This document shows positions 11,884-26,637 of a DNA stretch of 64,000 nucleotides, in pieces. The notes under the pieces were generated by a model that was not told the DNA's origin, made no database searches, and saw nothing but the letters and a program-made list of their open reading frames with translations. The position numbers were made by a program, and so were the translations under genes. The stretch is taken from contig NW_019217967.1 of assembly GCF_002571385.2 (NCBI RefSeq), positions 462,560-526,559 on the forward strand, read 5' to 3'. Origin of the DNA: Stylophora pistillata (Eukaryota). The stretch's first letter is position 1. Every line of letters starts with the position of its first letter.

Positions 11884-12667
11884 GGGTCGTAGGATTGCCT
11901 TCTTGACTGGTTTACCTTCCGCCTGTTAGGATCGTCTACCTTGTCGCGTTTCGTCTGAATTTGCCGATTCTTTGATTTGCTTATCTCTTAGCATTTGTTA
12001 CTGCCTCGGCTGTAATCTCAAAATTACTTTCTGAGACTAATACGCAGACGCAGGCTAAATCTTTAAATATCATATTAATGTCTGTCTCGACTACTCGGCT
12101 AGTTAAACAGTCAGTTTCCTTTCTGAACCGATGGGGTCATCACGCTTGCAACAGCAGTTATCCAGAGGTGGTTATAACTATACCCCGACTTTGACATGGA
12201 GATGTGTGATCAATAATGCTTTGCCTTCCGAAATTGAAAGGAATTGTCGCGATGTATTTAATGAAGAATCACATTCATGAATAAATTCTCGGATTCTGAT
12301 TGGTTAACGAAGCAAGGTATTTAGCGTGGAATCAGTAATTAGTAATCAAAGTTTAATGTCTTTACGTGGAGCATGGTTACCCATATTGCCCGTGCCAGAG
12401 GCTCATGTATAAAACGCAAGACAACAACCCACCCATCCCACCCCAGGAAAGGACATCCATCACACAGTAATCTCGTGCGTAGGAAATTAACGTCTCCTAC
12501 CCCTAACCCTGCAGGAGACGGGACCTCCATTTATTCGTCCCTATCCGAGAATAAGAATTGCGAGTTGAAAACGAGGCTAAGTGATATTGTTTCGCATCTA
12601 CGTAAACATAATTTTAAGCAATGCTGTTTCCTTTCTTTTCTCATTTTTATTCAGTTATGCGATTCAA

Positions 12668-12810
12668 GGAAAACGCATTACTTCACTCGTGAATTCCGCA
12701 TTAAATTGCACTTGAAAACCAATATTGTACTTATCGCTTCGCGATTCGTGCGATATCGGTTTTCGCGTGCAATTTAATGCTGAATTCCCTTGTCAAGTAG
12801 TGAATTTTCC
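12668..12810. repeat. About 140-bp imperfect palindrome (MITE-like) just upstream of ABCF3
   Basis: Arms gaattccgcattaaattgcacttgaaaacc and ggttttcgcgtgcaatttaatgctgaattc around the centre atcgcttcgcgat. Confidence 0.7.
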
Positions 12811-12875
12811 TGTATGGTTGCATGCCCACTTGTAGGCCGCGTTCTTTTTGCGGGCTCAGCTGATTGTGAAACAAC

Positions 12876-15800
12876 ATGGCGAACGGACTTGAGACCTGCC
12901 GGCGAATTCTTAGAGACAAATTTCCGGCAATCGACGACGATCTTTTTAAATATGTGACAGGTCTGTATTTTACTGATTGTTTCAGCCAAGTCATCAATTG
13001 ATAGAAATACGGACTGCTCAGACAGAGGGCAACGATTACGTGTTCACTTCATTTAAGTGAGATAGAGCGTTTGATCGAAGAATTTATGATTTAATTGTTC
13101 TGGTATGTTTATATATTCGTGACTGGTTTTAGATCAAGGATAACTTTCTTACTTGACACAGAATTACTGACTGGTTATTATATAGTGGACTTTTACGTTA
13201 CTCAGCATACCTTATCTGAAGCGGTTAAACTAATACCTAAATATCTGATCCTGAAAGCAATTTGTTGGGGAGATCAAAATTAGTTAACTTCCACCGATTG
13301 TCTGATAGATATTCTCGAAAGTGGAGTGGATGATTTTGAGAATGGTGAGGATATTTATGATGCCGTTGGAAGTATTTTGGCTGAGGTGGCTGGCGATGAA
13401 GGAGAAGATGAAATAATTGACTTGTGCAATCAGCTGCTAAGTACATTGAAAGGGTATGCAATGGAATTTTTTTTCTTTTGGGTCTGTTGAATCATTAGGT
13501 CAGACCATTGCTGTAATCATCAATTGTCAAATTAATTGTATTGAAATGGTATTTTATCAGCGTCACATATACACACCAAATAGCTCTATGCATTGATACG
13601 ATATAGTTACATCAGCATTAATTATTTTTCTGCACTTTCTGTAGCGATGGCTGCAATGGCACTGACACAGATCAAAATGCCCAAAAGTTACTCCACACTC
13701 CTGTTAATTTGAAGGAAATGGCAAAAAATTTGGGTAAGTGCTCAGGTGCTATGAATACGAACTGACAGAAACTTACAAAAGTATACACAGAGACTCCTGT
13801 CACCATGTATTGTTTATAACTACTAGTAAATGAATAGTTGGTGTGATCAATAAGCTTTTTACTAATGTTAATTTGGTATTATGATAATATGTATTTCTCT
13901 GTGTTCTTTGCAAATAAATATCTAGAAACACAGACGGATGATGATCCATCAAGTATTTGGATTGTTAAAAGGGAAAGTAACACAGTAAGTACAGTGGCCA
14001 TACATTGCTTCACACAGTGACACACGCTGGTAGCCCCACACAGCATTCACAGCCTCATACAGCCCTTAAAAGTAGGAAGACTGAGAGGTGCTCTTCTAGG
14101 GCCCTATACACTCTCTGAGAAAGCTCCTTATGTTGTTAATTTAGGTTGTAGATCAGAAGAAACTGCAAAAGGCTGAAGCAAAGTTAAAAGCAAAACAGGA
14201 GAAACGTGCACAAGAAGATGAACCTATCAATGAAATCAGAGGAAGGTGAGATAGTCTTCCCTCACTTGTAGGACATCTACAAATCATCTACATCTACAAG
14301 TTAAACTAAATCCAACCTTATTTCTTGAGGGTAGCATGAAACAGCTACAATATTGATAAACTTGTTTCCCTCCTATATTAAATACATCAGATGTATATAC
14401 CATAGATTTATATCGTATATATATATTTATCACATGACTCGGGCAGTCAGAGGGCCAATAACTAAAATCAACCAATCAAAATGCTCTATTGCCGGTCAAT
14501 ATTCTCTCAGTATTGGACCGGGCACTGTCCCGAATGGTCCCGAATGATACCGCACTTGTGTCCCTTTGAACTTCAGTCGTATAATAAATCTCTTATTAAC
14601 CAAGCTTGCTCGGGACCGTTCTGGAAGAATATTGGCCCTCGGTCTTTTTTGTACGGACCTCGCTGCGCTCGATCCGTACTATCAAGACCTCGGGCCGACA
14701 TTCTCCCAGTATGGCCTTCACACTTGGTTAATAAGATATATTTATCCCCCATATATATTTATAAATGTCTTAAAAATAATATTATCATAATGTAAAATAT
14801 ACATATAAAAGATATAATATCGATAAAGATACATTAGAGCTAAGAAAAAGGCTGCTTGGAGGAAGTCTGTGCCATGCCTATTTTTTGTTATTGATCCAGG
14901 AAAAAAATTGAATTTATCCTGCAATTGCATCACATTCTTATGTCATGTACACAAATTTGAATGTACCCTGTCTTTAGTACATGTTGTACATGTATTTGAT
15001 CAAAGTAAAATGATTAACAGCAAGGCATTTGAAATTAAACATTAATTGATTTTGGCCTGCTTGAACTTGATTAAAATTGCATGGTTACAGGAATATAGAT
15101 ACTAACAGAAATTAAGAGAATGATCTAAGTGAAATAGATATATATATATTTTTTTGCCTGTAGACAAATAGACAATGCATCAGCTTGCCAGAGCTCAAAC
15201 AAAAGAGAAAGCAAATTAGAAGCCAGTGGTATTAATAAAAGTCGTGATATCAGGATAGAGAACTTTGATCTTTCCTATGCGGAAAGGTAAGTGGTTGTTT
15301 AGGTTTTATTTAACATAAAATCAAAGAGAATTGGTCGTTTGTTGTTTGTCCTCATATCCTACTGTATGTTTATTTTATCAAGGGACAAGGGTAAGGTCGG
15401 AAGGGGGGAAAGGGTGGGAAGGGAGGAAAGGGAACACCAATTACTAGATCTTAGCATGTTGCTTAGTTACGTGAAGCAGTTGCTGTTAACATTTGCATCT
15501 GTGTTAGCCTCATAAATGATATTCTATATACAATGCTAAAAATTAGGAAAAAATTAAAATGTTTGAACCAAACATTTTTGGCTGTCTGCCATCATCAGGG
15601 TTCTGATGATGGCAATCAAAAACGTTTAGCTCAAATATTTTAATTTTTTCCTAATCTTTTAGCCTTGTATATAGAATATACTTTACTAAGCCAACATTAT
15701 GGACACTTGTAAATGGTCTTTCAAACTTTTCTCTTAGTGTTTGTGTAAATGAGTAATTAAAAAAAAAAGAATTTGCTACAGATTTTCAGACAATTGCACC

Positions 15801-18800
15801 ACAAATCGAAAATTCCATTGATGAAGACAATTGCATTTATGATATACAGAAAACAAAAGTGCACAGATGTTAAAAGAAAGTTTGAAATGAAATTTTGTCA
15901 TTATTGGGATGCAAGCATTGTAATGTATACCCCCTTAAACTATTTACAAAACCTTTTGTGTGTGCAAGGTTGATTTATTTGATACTTAATAAATAAATAT
16001 TTCATTTGTAGCTTATTGTTTTAAAAATTTTAGGGTATTGCTGAAAGAGGCAGAGTTATCCCTAATTTTTGGCAGGAGATATGGTTTGGTGGGTAGAAAT
16101 GGAATTGGAAAGACGACCCTGATTAAAATGCTCTCTAGGTATATGTACTGTTTGCTTTTGTGAGATTTGTTGATAGGATTCATTATGAGTGGTCTTGCCA
16201 GCATGAGCCAGACCATGATTATGCACTGATATGCCTATCCCAGCATGAGCCAGACTGTGACTATGCATTGATACACTTATCCCAGCATGAGCCAGACCAT
16301 GATTATGCACTGATATGCCTATCCCATCATGAGCCAGACTGTGATTATGCATTGATACACTTATCCCAGCATGAGCCAGACTGTGATTATGCATTGATAC
16401 ACTTATCCCAGCATGAGCCAGACTGTGATTATGCATTGATACACTTATCCCAGCATGAGCCAGACTGTGATTATGCATTGATACACTTATCCCAGCATGA
16501 GCCAGACTGTGATTATGCATTGATACACTTATCCCAGCATGAGCCAGACCGTGATTATGCATTGATACACTTATCCCAGCATGAGCCAGACCGTGATTAT
16601 GCATTGATACACTTATCCCAGCATGAGCCAGACTGTGATTATGCATTGATACATTTACCCCGTTCACTCTCAGAATCTTATTAGCAGGATCTTATTCTCC
16701 TTACCATTTGCCATACAACTCTTAGGATGTTACTCTTGATTGAAGAATTTGGGATTTGATCAACTAATAATCCCTAAGTGATATTTTTATTTATTCTCAC
16801 CACTTTTCTGCTTGATTTTGTATTGAAGTTGTAAGGAGAAATTCTTTGTTGGTCACTCATGGCAGTCAAAGGGTTAATCTAAGACTTGTACATAGCAAAT
16901 TCCACATTAGGAAATTAAGATACCCTGCATTGTAAAAGATCAGATGCTCATGTCCCAGTTTTTCCTTATTTGAGTCTGTGCCTCTGTGAAGGCTTTTGCC
17001 ACTTGAAACTAATTTTTAATGTGTTAATGATAAATAAGAATTCTACCTTTACATGGATTAACTTTGGAGAGAACATTAATTTCATTAAAATTTTAATAAA
17101 AGTTGTTTCTTTTTGTATTTAAATTCTTTCCTTTAAATTAAGAATAATATATTTTTATAGTTGCTGATTAGTCTCACAATCTTTTCTATTCTGAAGTGAA
17201 TTGTGTGCTATTTACAAATTAGACCTTTTGTTTCATAATTTTTAAATTGACACTTGCAACTCTTGGTTGTCTGCAGAGACTGAATATTGATATGTCAAAA
17301 CTAAGTGTTTACAACTCAGATTCTTGATGTCTTTTTGTCTGCAGGCGTGAGTTATTTGTGCCCTCTCACATTTCTATTTTGTGTGTACAACAAGAAGTAA
17401 GTAAGACTTAAAAAGAGTTCAGTTATTGGAAATACCTACCTGCATTTTAAAAACATGATTGATTTTTCTTAGGGAGATGAAGTTTTGTTACTATATTACC
17501 ACAGGTAAAAGGTGATGAAACGCAAGTTCTACAGAGTGTTTTGGAGTGTGATACAGAAAGAGAAAACCTCTTACAGGAAGAGAAGAAACTTCTTGCACAG
17601 TCAAGGTAGGAAAGGCACAAAGTGTTTTAATTGTTTTATTTTCAGCTGTTTCAAAACTGTTTCATTGTTGCTTTTCTTTGCAGTGCTAAGTCTGACACAT
17701 CTGATGGCACAAGTGGAAGATTAGCACAAGTAAGCACACCTCTATATGTGAATAGTATGTTGTCATATTTAGCACAAGTAAGCACACCTCTATATGTGTA
17801 TAGTATGTTGTCATATTTACAGTGATTGTCATGTATAATTAGTTTTCTTTTTTTAACTTATGGTTCTAACAGTGGCAATTTGGGAGAGTTGTGGCCATAG
17901 TATTGCAATCACATTAATCTTGGATCAATGGAAAACTTAGAGATTGAAAGTAACTATGAACTTGAAGTGTGATGAATTTTCTTAGTGAAAGTTTAATTAC
18001 ACACAGCTTCATATCATGAATAACATATAATATGTACTTGTATCATAATTATATTTTTTTATTTTTCAATCAGGTTTATGCAAGGATGCAAGAAATAGAG
18101 GCTGACAAAGCTCCTGCAAGGTCACTATTTAAATTCTTGAACATAAGGCTAAACTGGGAAAGTGTTATATAACCTCATTTCTATATCTAGTTGTGACTTA
18201 ACCTTTTGACCCGTAAGATGATTAGCATCTAATGTCTCCTCACAATACCACCCTTGAATCAAGCATTAAAGTCGCAAGAATATTGAAAATGGTCACCAGC
18301 TTCAGAGGCTCTTGATGTGGGAAAAATTCTCCTTTTCAACACCTTTGAAACAATATGGAAAATATGTATACTAATATCTACTGTGAATCCAAGTAACTCA
18401 ACTTTAATATGAATTGACTACATTTTCAGAGCTTCATCGATACTGGCTGGATTGGGCTTTTCAACAAAAATGCAGAATCAGCAAACGAGGTACAAGGAAA
18501 ACCTGTTTCTAGTAACTTTTTAAGCTTCAAGTACAAATGAATCCATGCAGGTTAAAAGTTTCTTAATAAGTGCCCCCACCCCCTCATTCATTTAAGCGCC
18601 ATCATTCCAATAGGCACGCCTCGTTTTAACCGAAAAATTAAAATAATAAGCACTTGGGCACTTATTCAAGAAAATATGGTAAAAAGTTTTCATGTGTTTT
18701 AGAGAACTGTCTGGTGGCTGGAGAATGAGGCTTGCTCTTGCCAGAACACTTTTTAGCAGGTAAGAAAAGAAACTCGATTTTTATTGCGAACTTGCTCTCC

Positions 18801-21800
18801 AACTTCATTTTATGACAGTGACGTAATTCCCTTTAAGGTAGGGGCATTCATGCAAATTAATTGTAAAGTTAATCTGCACTTTTGTATTAGAGCTCTGTGC
18901 TCTAAGTTAAACTTGCAAAAATCATAATTATGTCGAAATTGTAAATGACTCCCGCCCAGTTTGACGCGTTGTTTCGTCGAGCAATATCCATTCCTGAACA
19001 TTAAGTATAAATTTAAGTTTGTTAAATTAAGTGAAACAATCTTGTCGCGGCCTCCTTTGATATTTGTGCAATTTGTTTGCAGACCAGATCTGTTACTTCT
19101 TGACGGTAAGAATTTCAGTGTTTCATGAGTAAAGACTTTGATTTTTCCTATTGTCAAGTAATCCACTTGTTGCTGACAAAACGGCACTGTAGTTGTAATC
19201 CTCATAATCCCCTGAAACATCGTATAAGGAGCGTTTTAATTGTAGAGATTGTTCTATGTCTTGACAAATAAATCATGACAGTGAACAACGAGAGCAAAAA
19301 CGCGTATCAGATGTGTGTAAATGCGCGTGTCGACATGCGTTTTTTGGCATGCGTTTTTTAGCACGCGTTTAGTGAAAAATAGTCCGTGCGTTTGGTATGT
19401 GCGTTAGGACCTTATCTTTGACCTATAGTGTGTCTGGTCCATAAAAATGTGCCAAACAACTCCTCACTTAACACTGTCGAAATGTCAGTCGCTATAACCA
19501 AGAACAGCTCCTGTTAGGGCTGCTGTCATCTATTCTTGTTTTTCACTACAGGTATCGCTGCTTGTTATGGAGGAAAAAAATTCACAATAGATAAGAAATA
19601 CATGATAACTCTTTTTATTATCCAGCTGTGCTTCGTAAAGTACAAATAATGCGCGAGACGAGTACGAATATCACGCGATATTTGTACTCCAGAAATATCC
19701 TCGAAATTCGCCCGCACTGAAATAACAATTTGGCCTGTTGGATATTAAGATATCTATATAATTATAATCTTTTATGGCTTCCTATTTTTTTTTACTCTGT
19801 GTAGAACCTACGAATATGTTGGATCTGAAAGCTGTTCTATGGCTGGAAAAATATCTTCTGGTGAGTAGAAAACTCTTAATTCGTAACTTAAATGGGTGGA
19901 ATTCTTTAGGGCATCTCTGTTTAGGGGCTATCTCCCGAATGTTTAGAAGGGAGTCTCTTATTTTTTCATCGTTTATCTTTATCTTTGGTCCCTAAATTTC
20001 ACTGAGGGTGCTTATTTAGGGGACATCAGGGGAAATTTTTCAAAGTCTAACAAGTGTTCTTGGAGTGGATGTTCTGCGGTATAATACTATTACTAATACA
20101 CAAATCCCAGGACTAAGATAACAAGTGACTGTATTTTATCGGCAGAACTGGCCATGCACTCTTCTCGTGGTATCACATGACCGTACCTTTCTTGACGCTG
20201 TCGTTACCGACATAATTCACATGCACTCCCAGAGACTTGAGTCATACAGAGGAAACTATGAGGTAAGCAACATGTTTCTCCATGTGCGGGTCTATGCTTT
20301 GGTTTGTTTGTTTGTTTGTTTGTTTTTTACGGAGTGACTGTATAATTGCCTTTTGACAGTTAAAAGATTATTTTGAGTGGCTCTACCTTCTCCGCCATTA
20401 TCACTCAAGAGCAATGTGTGATTCAATAACAAAAAAATCCGTTCAGTGTGTCATGCATGCTAACTCATCATTTTCTTTGTTATTTTCTTAGAATTTTGTC
20501 AAGACCATGACTGAAAAACTCACCAATCAGCAGCGAGAATACGAAGCACAGCAAATGCACAGGCAGCATCTGCAGGTTGGTTAAAGAACTGCTTTACGTC
20601 GTTTTTGGCCTTATCAACCAGAGGGTAGAATGTATTTGAAGACCTTGAAAGATGATGAGACTTGTACAGTGTTCATTTTATTTTAATAATCGGGCTGCTG
20701 ATGGGCCGCTTCAGGCATTCAGTTGATGGAGATGAGGTACAAAGAAGGGAGTGGCAGAAAATAGGTCTTTGTCGCTAAGACCTGTCTCCCGGTATCTTGT
20801 CACCAAGTGTGTCCTTCCCTAAAAACACCGCTGGTGATGATGTTGATTTTTTTTCTAGGCTTTTGTTGACAGATGGAGATACAACGCTAAAAGAGCATCT
20901 CTTGCACAGAGCAGACTTAAGGCTCTCGAGAAGCTGTAAGTCGAATTATCAACTTTTCTTAGTTTTTTATTATTTGTTAGTGTAAAGCGTTAAGCGACTA
21001 CGAAATTGGCTTTTTCTCCCAGTAAAGCGTATGTTACTCTTGGCATTTCCTCGGGTTTCTCTGATAGTTCCCCTTTACACACCCCCTCCCTTGGTGGGGA
21101 GAGCCCCCTCCCTGGGTGGGGAGAGCCCCCTTCCCTGGGTGGGGAGAGCCATTGCGAGAGTCAAGAACACAGTTCGTTGACTCGACCATGCTTGTACCCA
21201 GACTTCTCGATTCGGAGTTCAGCGCACTAAGCAATACGCCATTTTTTCTCTCAGAGAAGCATCGTGGAACAGGTTTCATGTAAATTTCGAATATTGTAAT
21301 TCGTTTAAGAAGTCATACCAAAGTAACTGTGGCTATTTATCTATGTCCTTTCAGACCTGATCTTCAGCCAGTTGTAGTCGATCCACCCGTGGTACTCAAG
21401 TAAGTGCTACAATCATTGTTAATTTTATATTATGCTAAGTATTTTTCTTTTTCTTTTACTGAACAAATGACCTGCAATCCCTGACTCATGGTTTCTACTT
21501 GATCGACAATTAAAACATTTCTGTATGAGAAATTATAGCAATCTTTTGTGTTTTGTGTTTTTTTGCTGTAGATTTCCCGAATGTGAAAAACTTTCTCCTC
21601 CCCTATTGCAACTGGATGAGGTATCGTTAGCTGTCTGTTGTCAATCAATACAATTTTTTTTTCCGTATAGATGTAGTGGCATGCCTTCTTCACCACAAAT
21701 AAGGTTTATTTTGTGTTAGCGATACTTTAAAGTGCGCGCTGTGTTGCTATGTGTTTGTTTTATGTGAGAGGAAACCTGTAGTGCGACTGTATTGCGACTA

Positions 21801-24587
21801 GAAACTCTCATGTCGCACAGGAAATCATTGCAAGCGAAACAAATTTAGGTCTTGAACTGTCCGCACCAAGATTCAGACCTTCACCAGGATCAAACCGTTC
21901 CCCTTCATTTCGCCATGTTTGAGTGTCCACTCTTTATAAAACCAAATTCATTTTCTATGACATTTTACGGTAACGCTTTAAGGTTTCATTGTCTTATTAG
22001 AAGAGCAAGTGAGACTAACGTTCCTCTACAAATAAAGCATTCTCCGATTCCAGTGATCATTTAATCGTTTTTTTGTTATCGTTTCGTTATATGATAACTT
22101 TGAAGCTCAGTGACAAATTGCAGTTTCCTTTCCCTCAGGTGACTTACTACTACGAAAAAGGGAAAGTGGTTCTCAATAAAGTAAGCCTCTCTGCAAATCA
22201 AGAGTCGCGGATAGCTTTGGTAAGTTAACCCTTCTTAAATCACCTATATCACTTTGCTAAAGCATTTAACAAACTATTTACTACTTTCCACGGGAATCTC
22301 GTGCCGCTTGTTCCTCAAAACAAATTTCTGACCAACTAGTTACCATGGGATGAAGAACTCCGCTATGTTGACATGTACTTTTTTTAATTCCACTGCTACC
22401 TCCATTTTCATGTAGGTTGGTGAAAATGGACAAGGAAAAACGACGTTTTTGAAACTGTTACGAGGAGACCTGGAACCAGTGTCTGGACTCAAATTTGCTC
22501 ATAGGTGAAGATGTGGTCTGATGTCACGTTCTTTTCATTTTTTTATAGTTTTCTGCGGCGGGAAAAATATCTTCAATGTTTGGAAAACACTAAAAAAATT
22601 AGTTCAATGCGAAAGATTAACAATGAATGGAAAGTAAGACATTAGAAAAGAAGGGGAATAATTGACGATGGAAATGGCTAAACACGTTCTGTTCATGAGA
22701 GTCTGAACAAGTTACTTAAGATCAATTTTTTAATGATAAACAAACGTGTTGTTTAAACTCGTGGAATAACTTGATTTCTATTTAGAACTAAGAGACTCTT
22801 TAAAGGATACAATGGCATGCTATTATGGAGGACTGACAAAGCATTTTGTAATAGGAGTCGCTAGAAATACGTATAGAAAGTTATAAACCTAGTTTTAGTC
22901 CCCTATGGTTTTAATGTTTCTCTGGGGCATTAAAAAACATTTAAATTTTGGAACAGATGCTGACTGTTGGGTACTTTGCATCATTTTCTGTTTCATAGGA
23001 ATTTAAAGATTGGTTATTTCAGTCAACATCACGTTGATCAACTTGGTTCAGAACTTACTCCATTGGCTTTGCTTGCTTCTAAATTTCCAGGTACAGAACA
23101 AAGTATTAGTTAACCTGTACTTTTACTTGATGGTTTCGTCTGATCGTCCGAGTGACGGTTCTACTGAGAGTGACTGGTGTCAGTAATAGTGATTGACGTT
23201 TATAAATTGGCAGCTTGAGCGAAAGTCACCATCAGAGTCAAGTGAGGAGTTGTTGTCAGTTCAGTATTATAAGTCTTGCTTGTGTAAATTGATTGGTCAA
23301 TTTTTCCGTGATGGTATTGACTGGAAGTCGGTCGTGATTGGTCAGTTTCGTCGCTATTGTTAGATCGTTCTGTTCGGTTCGTTTGTGGTGTAAATGTCAT
23401 GAAACCGTTGAATGTATTTGATTACAATACAGGACAACACGAAGAAGAGTACCGCCGTCAGCTGGGTCGATATGGAGTCATTGGTGACTTGGCTCTCAGA
23501 CCTGTGAAGAGTTTATCGGGTGGTCAGAAGAGTAGGGTAGTTATGGCACTTATGAGTATGATAAGGTATGGATATCGTTAGAAAATTTCGATGTCTTTAG
23601 GGCAGATATGTGGTGAAACATAATGTCAGACCTTTGCTCCTGTAATCTGTGGACAGAGTAGTAGAGTGAGAACTGCTCTCATGAGGATTACAAGGTTAGA
23701 TTACTAGGAAAATATCTAGTTGTTTACCAGACTGATGTCGAGGGATAGGGAATATAGCACAGTTTTGATTGGGAATGAGTAAATACTTCCATTACTATTT
23801 CAAAACATCTCTACCAAGAACTTAGATTTGTGGTAATACTTTTGGGTGGTCAAGACAGTAGAATAGATGTTTCTAGAAAAATGAAATGTTCGGGTCGAAG
23901 GATATCAGTTATTTGTTGAATAGCTGTTCAGATAACTTTTAGAACCGAAGTATATTGGTTATAGTCCACCATTGTAACGCATGTCTCATGTTTTTTGTTC
24001 TTCCCCCGAACCTCAGGGAATTATGTTACGGTGGCCGATTCAAGGCTACGCTGCATAATGCTGTTACTTAAAACTGTGAAATGATACTCTCCTGAGTCTT
24101 CTGTTAAGTTTTTTCTTTTACTTTACAGACCTCACTTTCTTATTCTTGACGAACCCACGAACCATTTGGATGTCGAGACCATAGAAGCTCTTGGAGTTGC
24201 TCTGAACAATTACAAGGTACGGTCTCTTTTTGTCCCAAAGTCGAAGTCTGTTCATGAAATCGTTGTTGTCAAGCTTGCAACTTTATTCCGAACCTCTTTC
24301 GTGTTGGGATTCCTTTATTAGTGAAAGTCAGAAAAATTCCTTTCTGAAAACCTTAGTCATACTCCAATAAGCTATTGTACCATCAGCTTATTGCCAAAAT
24401 TTGTCAAATTTACACACGCATTTTTACCTCTTTGCAGGGCGGTGTAATAATGGTTACCCATGACGAAAGACTAGTAAGAAGTGTATGTAAAGAAGTCTGG
24501 TTATGTTCCAATGGCTCTGTCATCAGACAAGATGGTGGATTCGACCAGTACCGAAAACTACTCGAAGATCAAATTCGAGATTTATGA
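12876..24587 (+). CDS. ABCF3: ATP-binding cassette sub-family F member 3 (GCN20 orthologue), about 26 exons
   Basis: N-terminus [52 protein letters not shown] resembles ABCF3. Two ABC cassettes and no TM segments: GRNGIGKT (exon from 16034), LSGGW (about 18710), [25 protein letters not shown] (exon from 22416), [28 protein letters not shown]. Stop at 24585-24587. Confidence 0.95.
15502..15695. mobile_element. Palindromic remnant with decayed hammerhead-like core (Penelope-type inverted pseudo-LTR)
   Basis: About 95-bp arms inverted around gccatcatcag-ggtt-ctgatgatggc. The CTGATGA core is present and the GAAAC strand is degenerate. Confidence 0.55.
16199..16653. repeat. 42-bp minisatellite (about 11 copies) in an ABCF3 intron
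   Basis: Unit cagcatgagccagactgtgattatgcattgatacacttatcc repeated in tandem. Confidence 0.95.
17721..17816 (+). repeat. 48-bp tandem duplication spanning an ABCF3 splice donor
   Basis: ttagcacaa|gtaagcacacctctatatgtg..gtcatat occurs at 17721-17768 and 17769-17816. Confidence 0.9.
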
Positions 24588-26637
24588 CCAAATGATTAGA
24601 AATGAAAATGGCAATTACCAATGACAGATAACTACTACGATGTTTCATCAATAACGGTGCTCGGGTGAATGTAGCTTTTCCTTCCCACACGCTCAACGTT
24701 TAAGACCAAGTTCTAAAATGCTAAATATAGGAAATTGCAGGCGCATCGCGGTAGTTATAGGCATACAGATTGGCCTTGGCATGAGAACCATGAAGGACAA
24801 CGGTGAAGAAAAGCAAAGAAGTTAGCATAAACAGGAAAAAGAACTAATGGATAAGTGGCAAAGCGAAGCTTTCACTAAGGTGTACCTTCCATAGTAGTTG
24901 TAGAGGTAGTAGTAGTAGTAATAATAAAACTAATAATAACTATGATACTTAAAATAATAATATTAATCAAAGTAATAATGATAATAACAATGATAATAAA
25001 TACACGAGCATAAAAATGTTCAATTCTAGAAGCCACTTAAAACACGATCCGTCTATGTGCTGTCTATGTTGTTGTACCTAATACCTTCGCAAATCTTCCA
25101 TGCACACCCTCTGTTCTTGTCTCTGTAACAAATTTTGTATGATACGAGTTCTGTATCCTTAATAGATGTAGCGCTCAAATTGTACTGTTGGTAATTGAAG
25201 AATATAGTGAATTAGCCTGAGTCCAGAAGAATCAGCCGGGCAGCTTTTCTGTGCGACAGTCTAGAGCATACTTTTCCTTTTAACAGCTCACATGGAATTG
25301 TGTTTTGTTTGAGTGTTTGCCCTCGCCCCACCCCTCCCCCATCACTTTTCTGATGGCTCATTCCGAAATAGTAAAAATATGCAATTAGATGAGTATATCA
25401 AGGTATGGGAGATTTTAGATTTCAAATCACGAGATTTTAAAACTATCAGTAATGCACAGGCATATATTTAATCTTGCATAGGTAGTGAGCGGATTTCGAC
25501 TTTGAAATTTGATGGTTATGTCAGAGAAAGAAGACATCGCAACCAAAAAAACTAGGTGTTGTGTGTTTGAAACCTTTTTCGGGGAATATTGAAACACTGT
25601 CGATCAGGTAATCCTTCAATTCAAATTCTAACCCCATTTATTATTCATGCTGTTTCAGATTTTCCTGAGGTTTAAAACCTACAAACTAATGATTAATTTT
25701 GTTATGAATCTAAAACGTTACCTCTTTATCAATGTACATTGTGTACTGCGTATTGTGAGCCATCTACACATACAAAATGCACAAAATTATGAAGACCACA
25801 TAGGAATGGATACTCGACAGATCGCTCTTCCATTGGTTTACCAGTGCAGTAGCCCACACGAGTCTAAACAAATATTAGGAATGAACCTGTAATACTTGAA
25901 TGATCTTACAAATCTTGCAGTGAATTAAAACGGTGGTAAACCGACAGAATGGGCGGTAGGCCCATCATGAAAAGTGAGGTCTCTGGACATGACTTTTAAA
26001 AATGCAGAAACATATTGAAAACCGCAATAAATAGGCATTGCAGTGGCAATTTTATATGGTATGCCATTACAACGGTACTTAAACAACTCTATCTTAACTT
26101 TTCCTTGAAGAAGAGGGTCACACATGACGCAGTTTTGGCCGTCAACCCTTTTCGTTAACTTACGCTTCATTCCCTAAATAAATTAATTTGTTCAAAACCA
26201 TGTTATGAACCTTCTAACTAATCGACCAAGAAAACAAGGCACGGTACTCTCTTCTCCAAAGTTTCACGCCAGTGTACATCTGAATTAATGTCACCACAAG
26301 GGCACGACATGGTCAACGGTTATATAGCAACACCAAATTTGACCGACTAGCGCTATGTTCTTCCATGTGGAAGAGGTAATTATTACCGTGACTTGATAAA
26401 CACCTCATCGCGCGTTCGCCTCGTTTTTCGAATTTCAAAGACAAGAATACACCTGAGAGAGAAACTATAGAATGGATCAAGGAGAATAACCGAGGAACGA
26501 GGACCAATAAGGCAGCGGCAAAAAAGCAGGGAACAAAAGGGGAAAAATACTGCCCCTTTCCCTTCTTTCATGACACTGTTAATCGCCCCGTTCCCCATTG
26601 AAGGGTCTGGTCCCGGGTAGAAGAAATTAACACATAA

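Noticed and set aside
16062-16684. 201-aa and 174-aa His-rich repetitive ORFs on both strands
   Set aside because: They are translations of a 42-bp intronic minisatellite (a multiple of 3 with no stops), and the ABCF3 exons splice around it.
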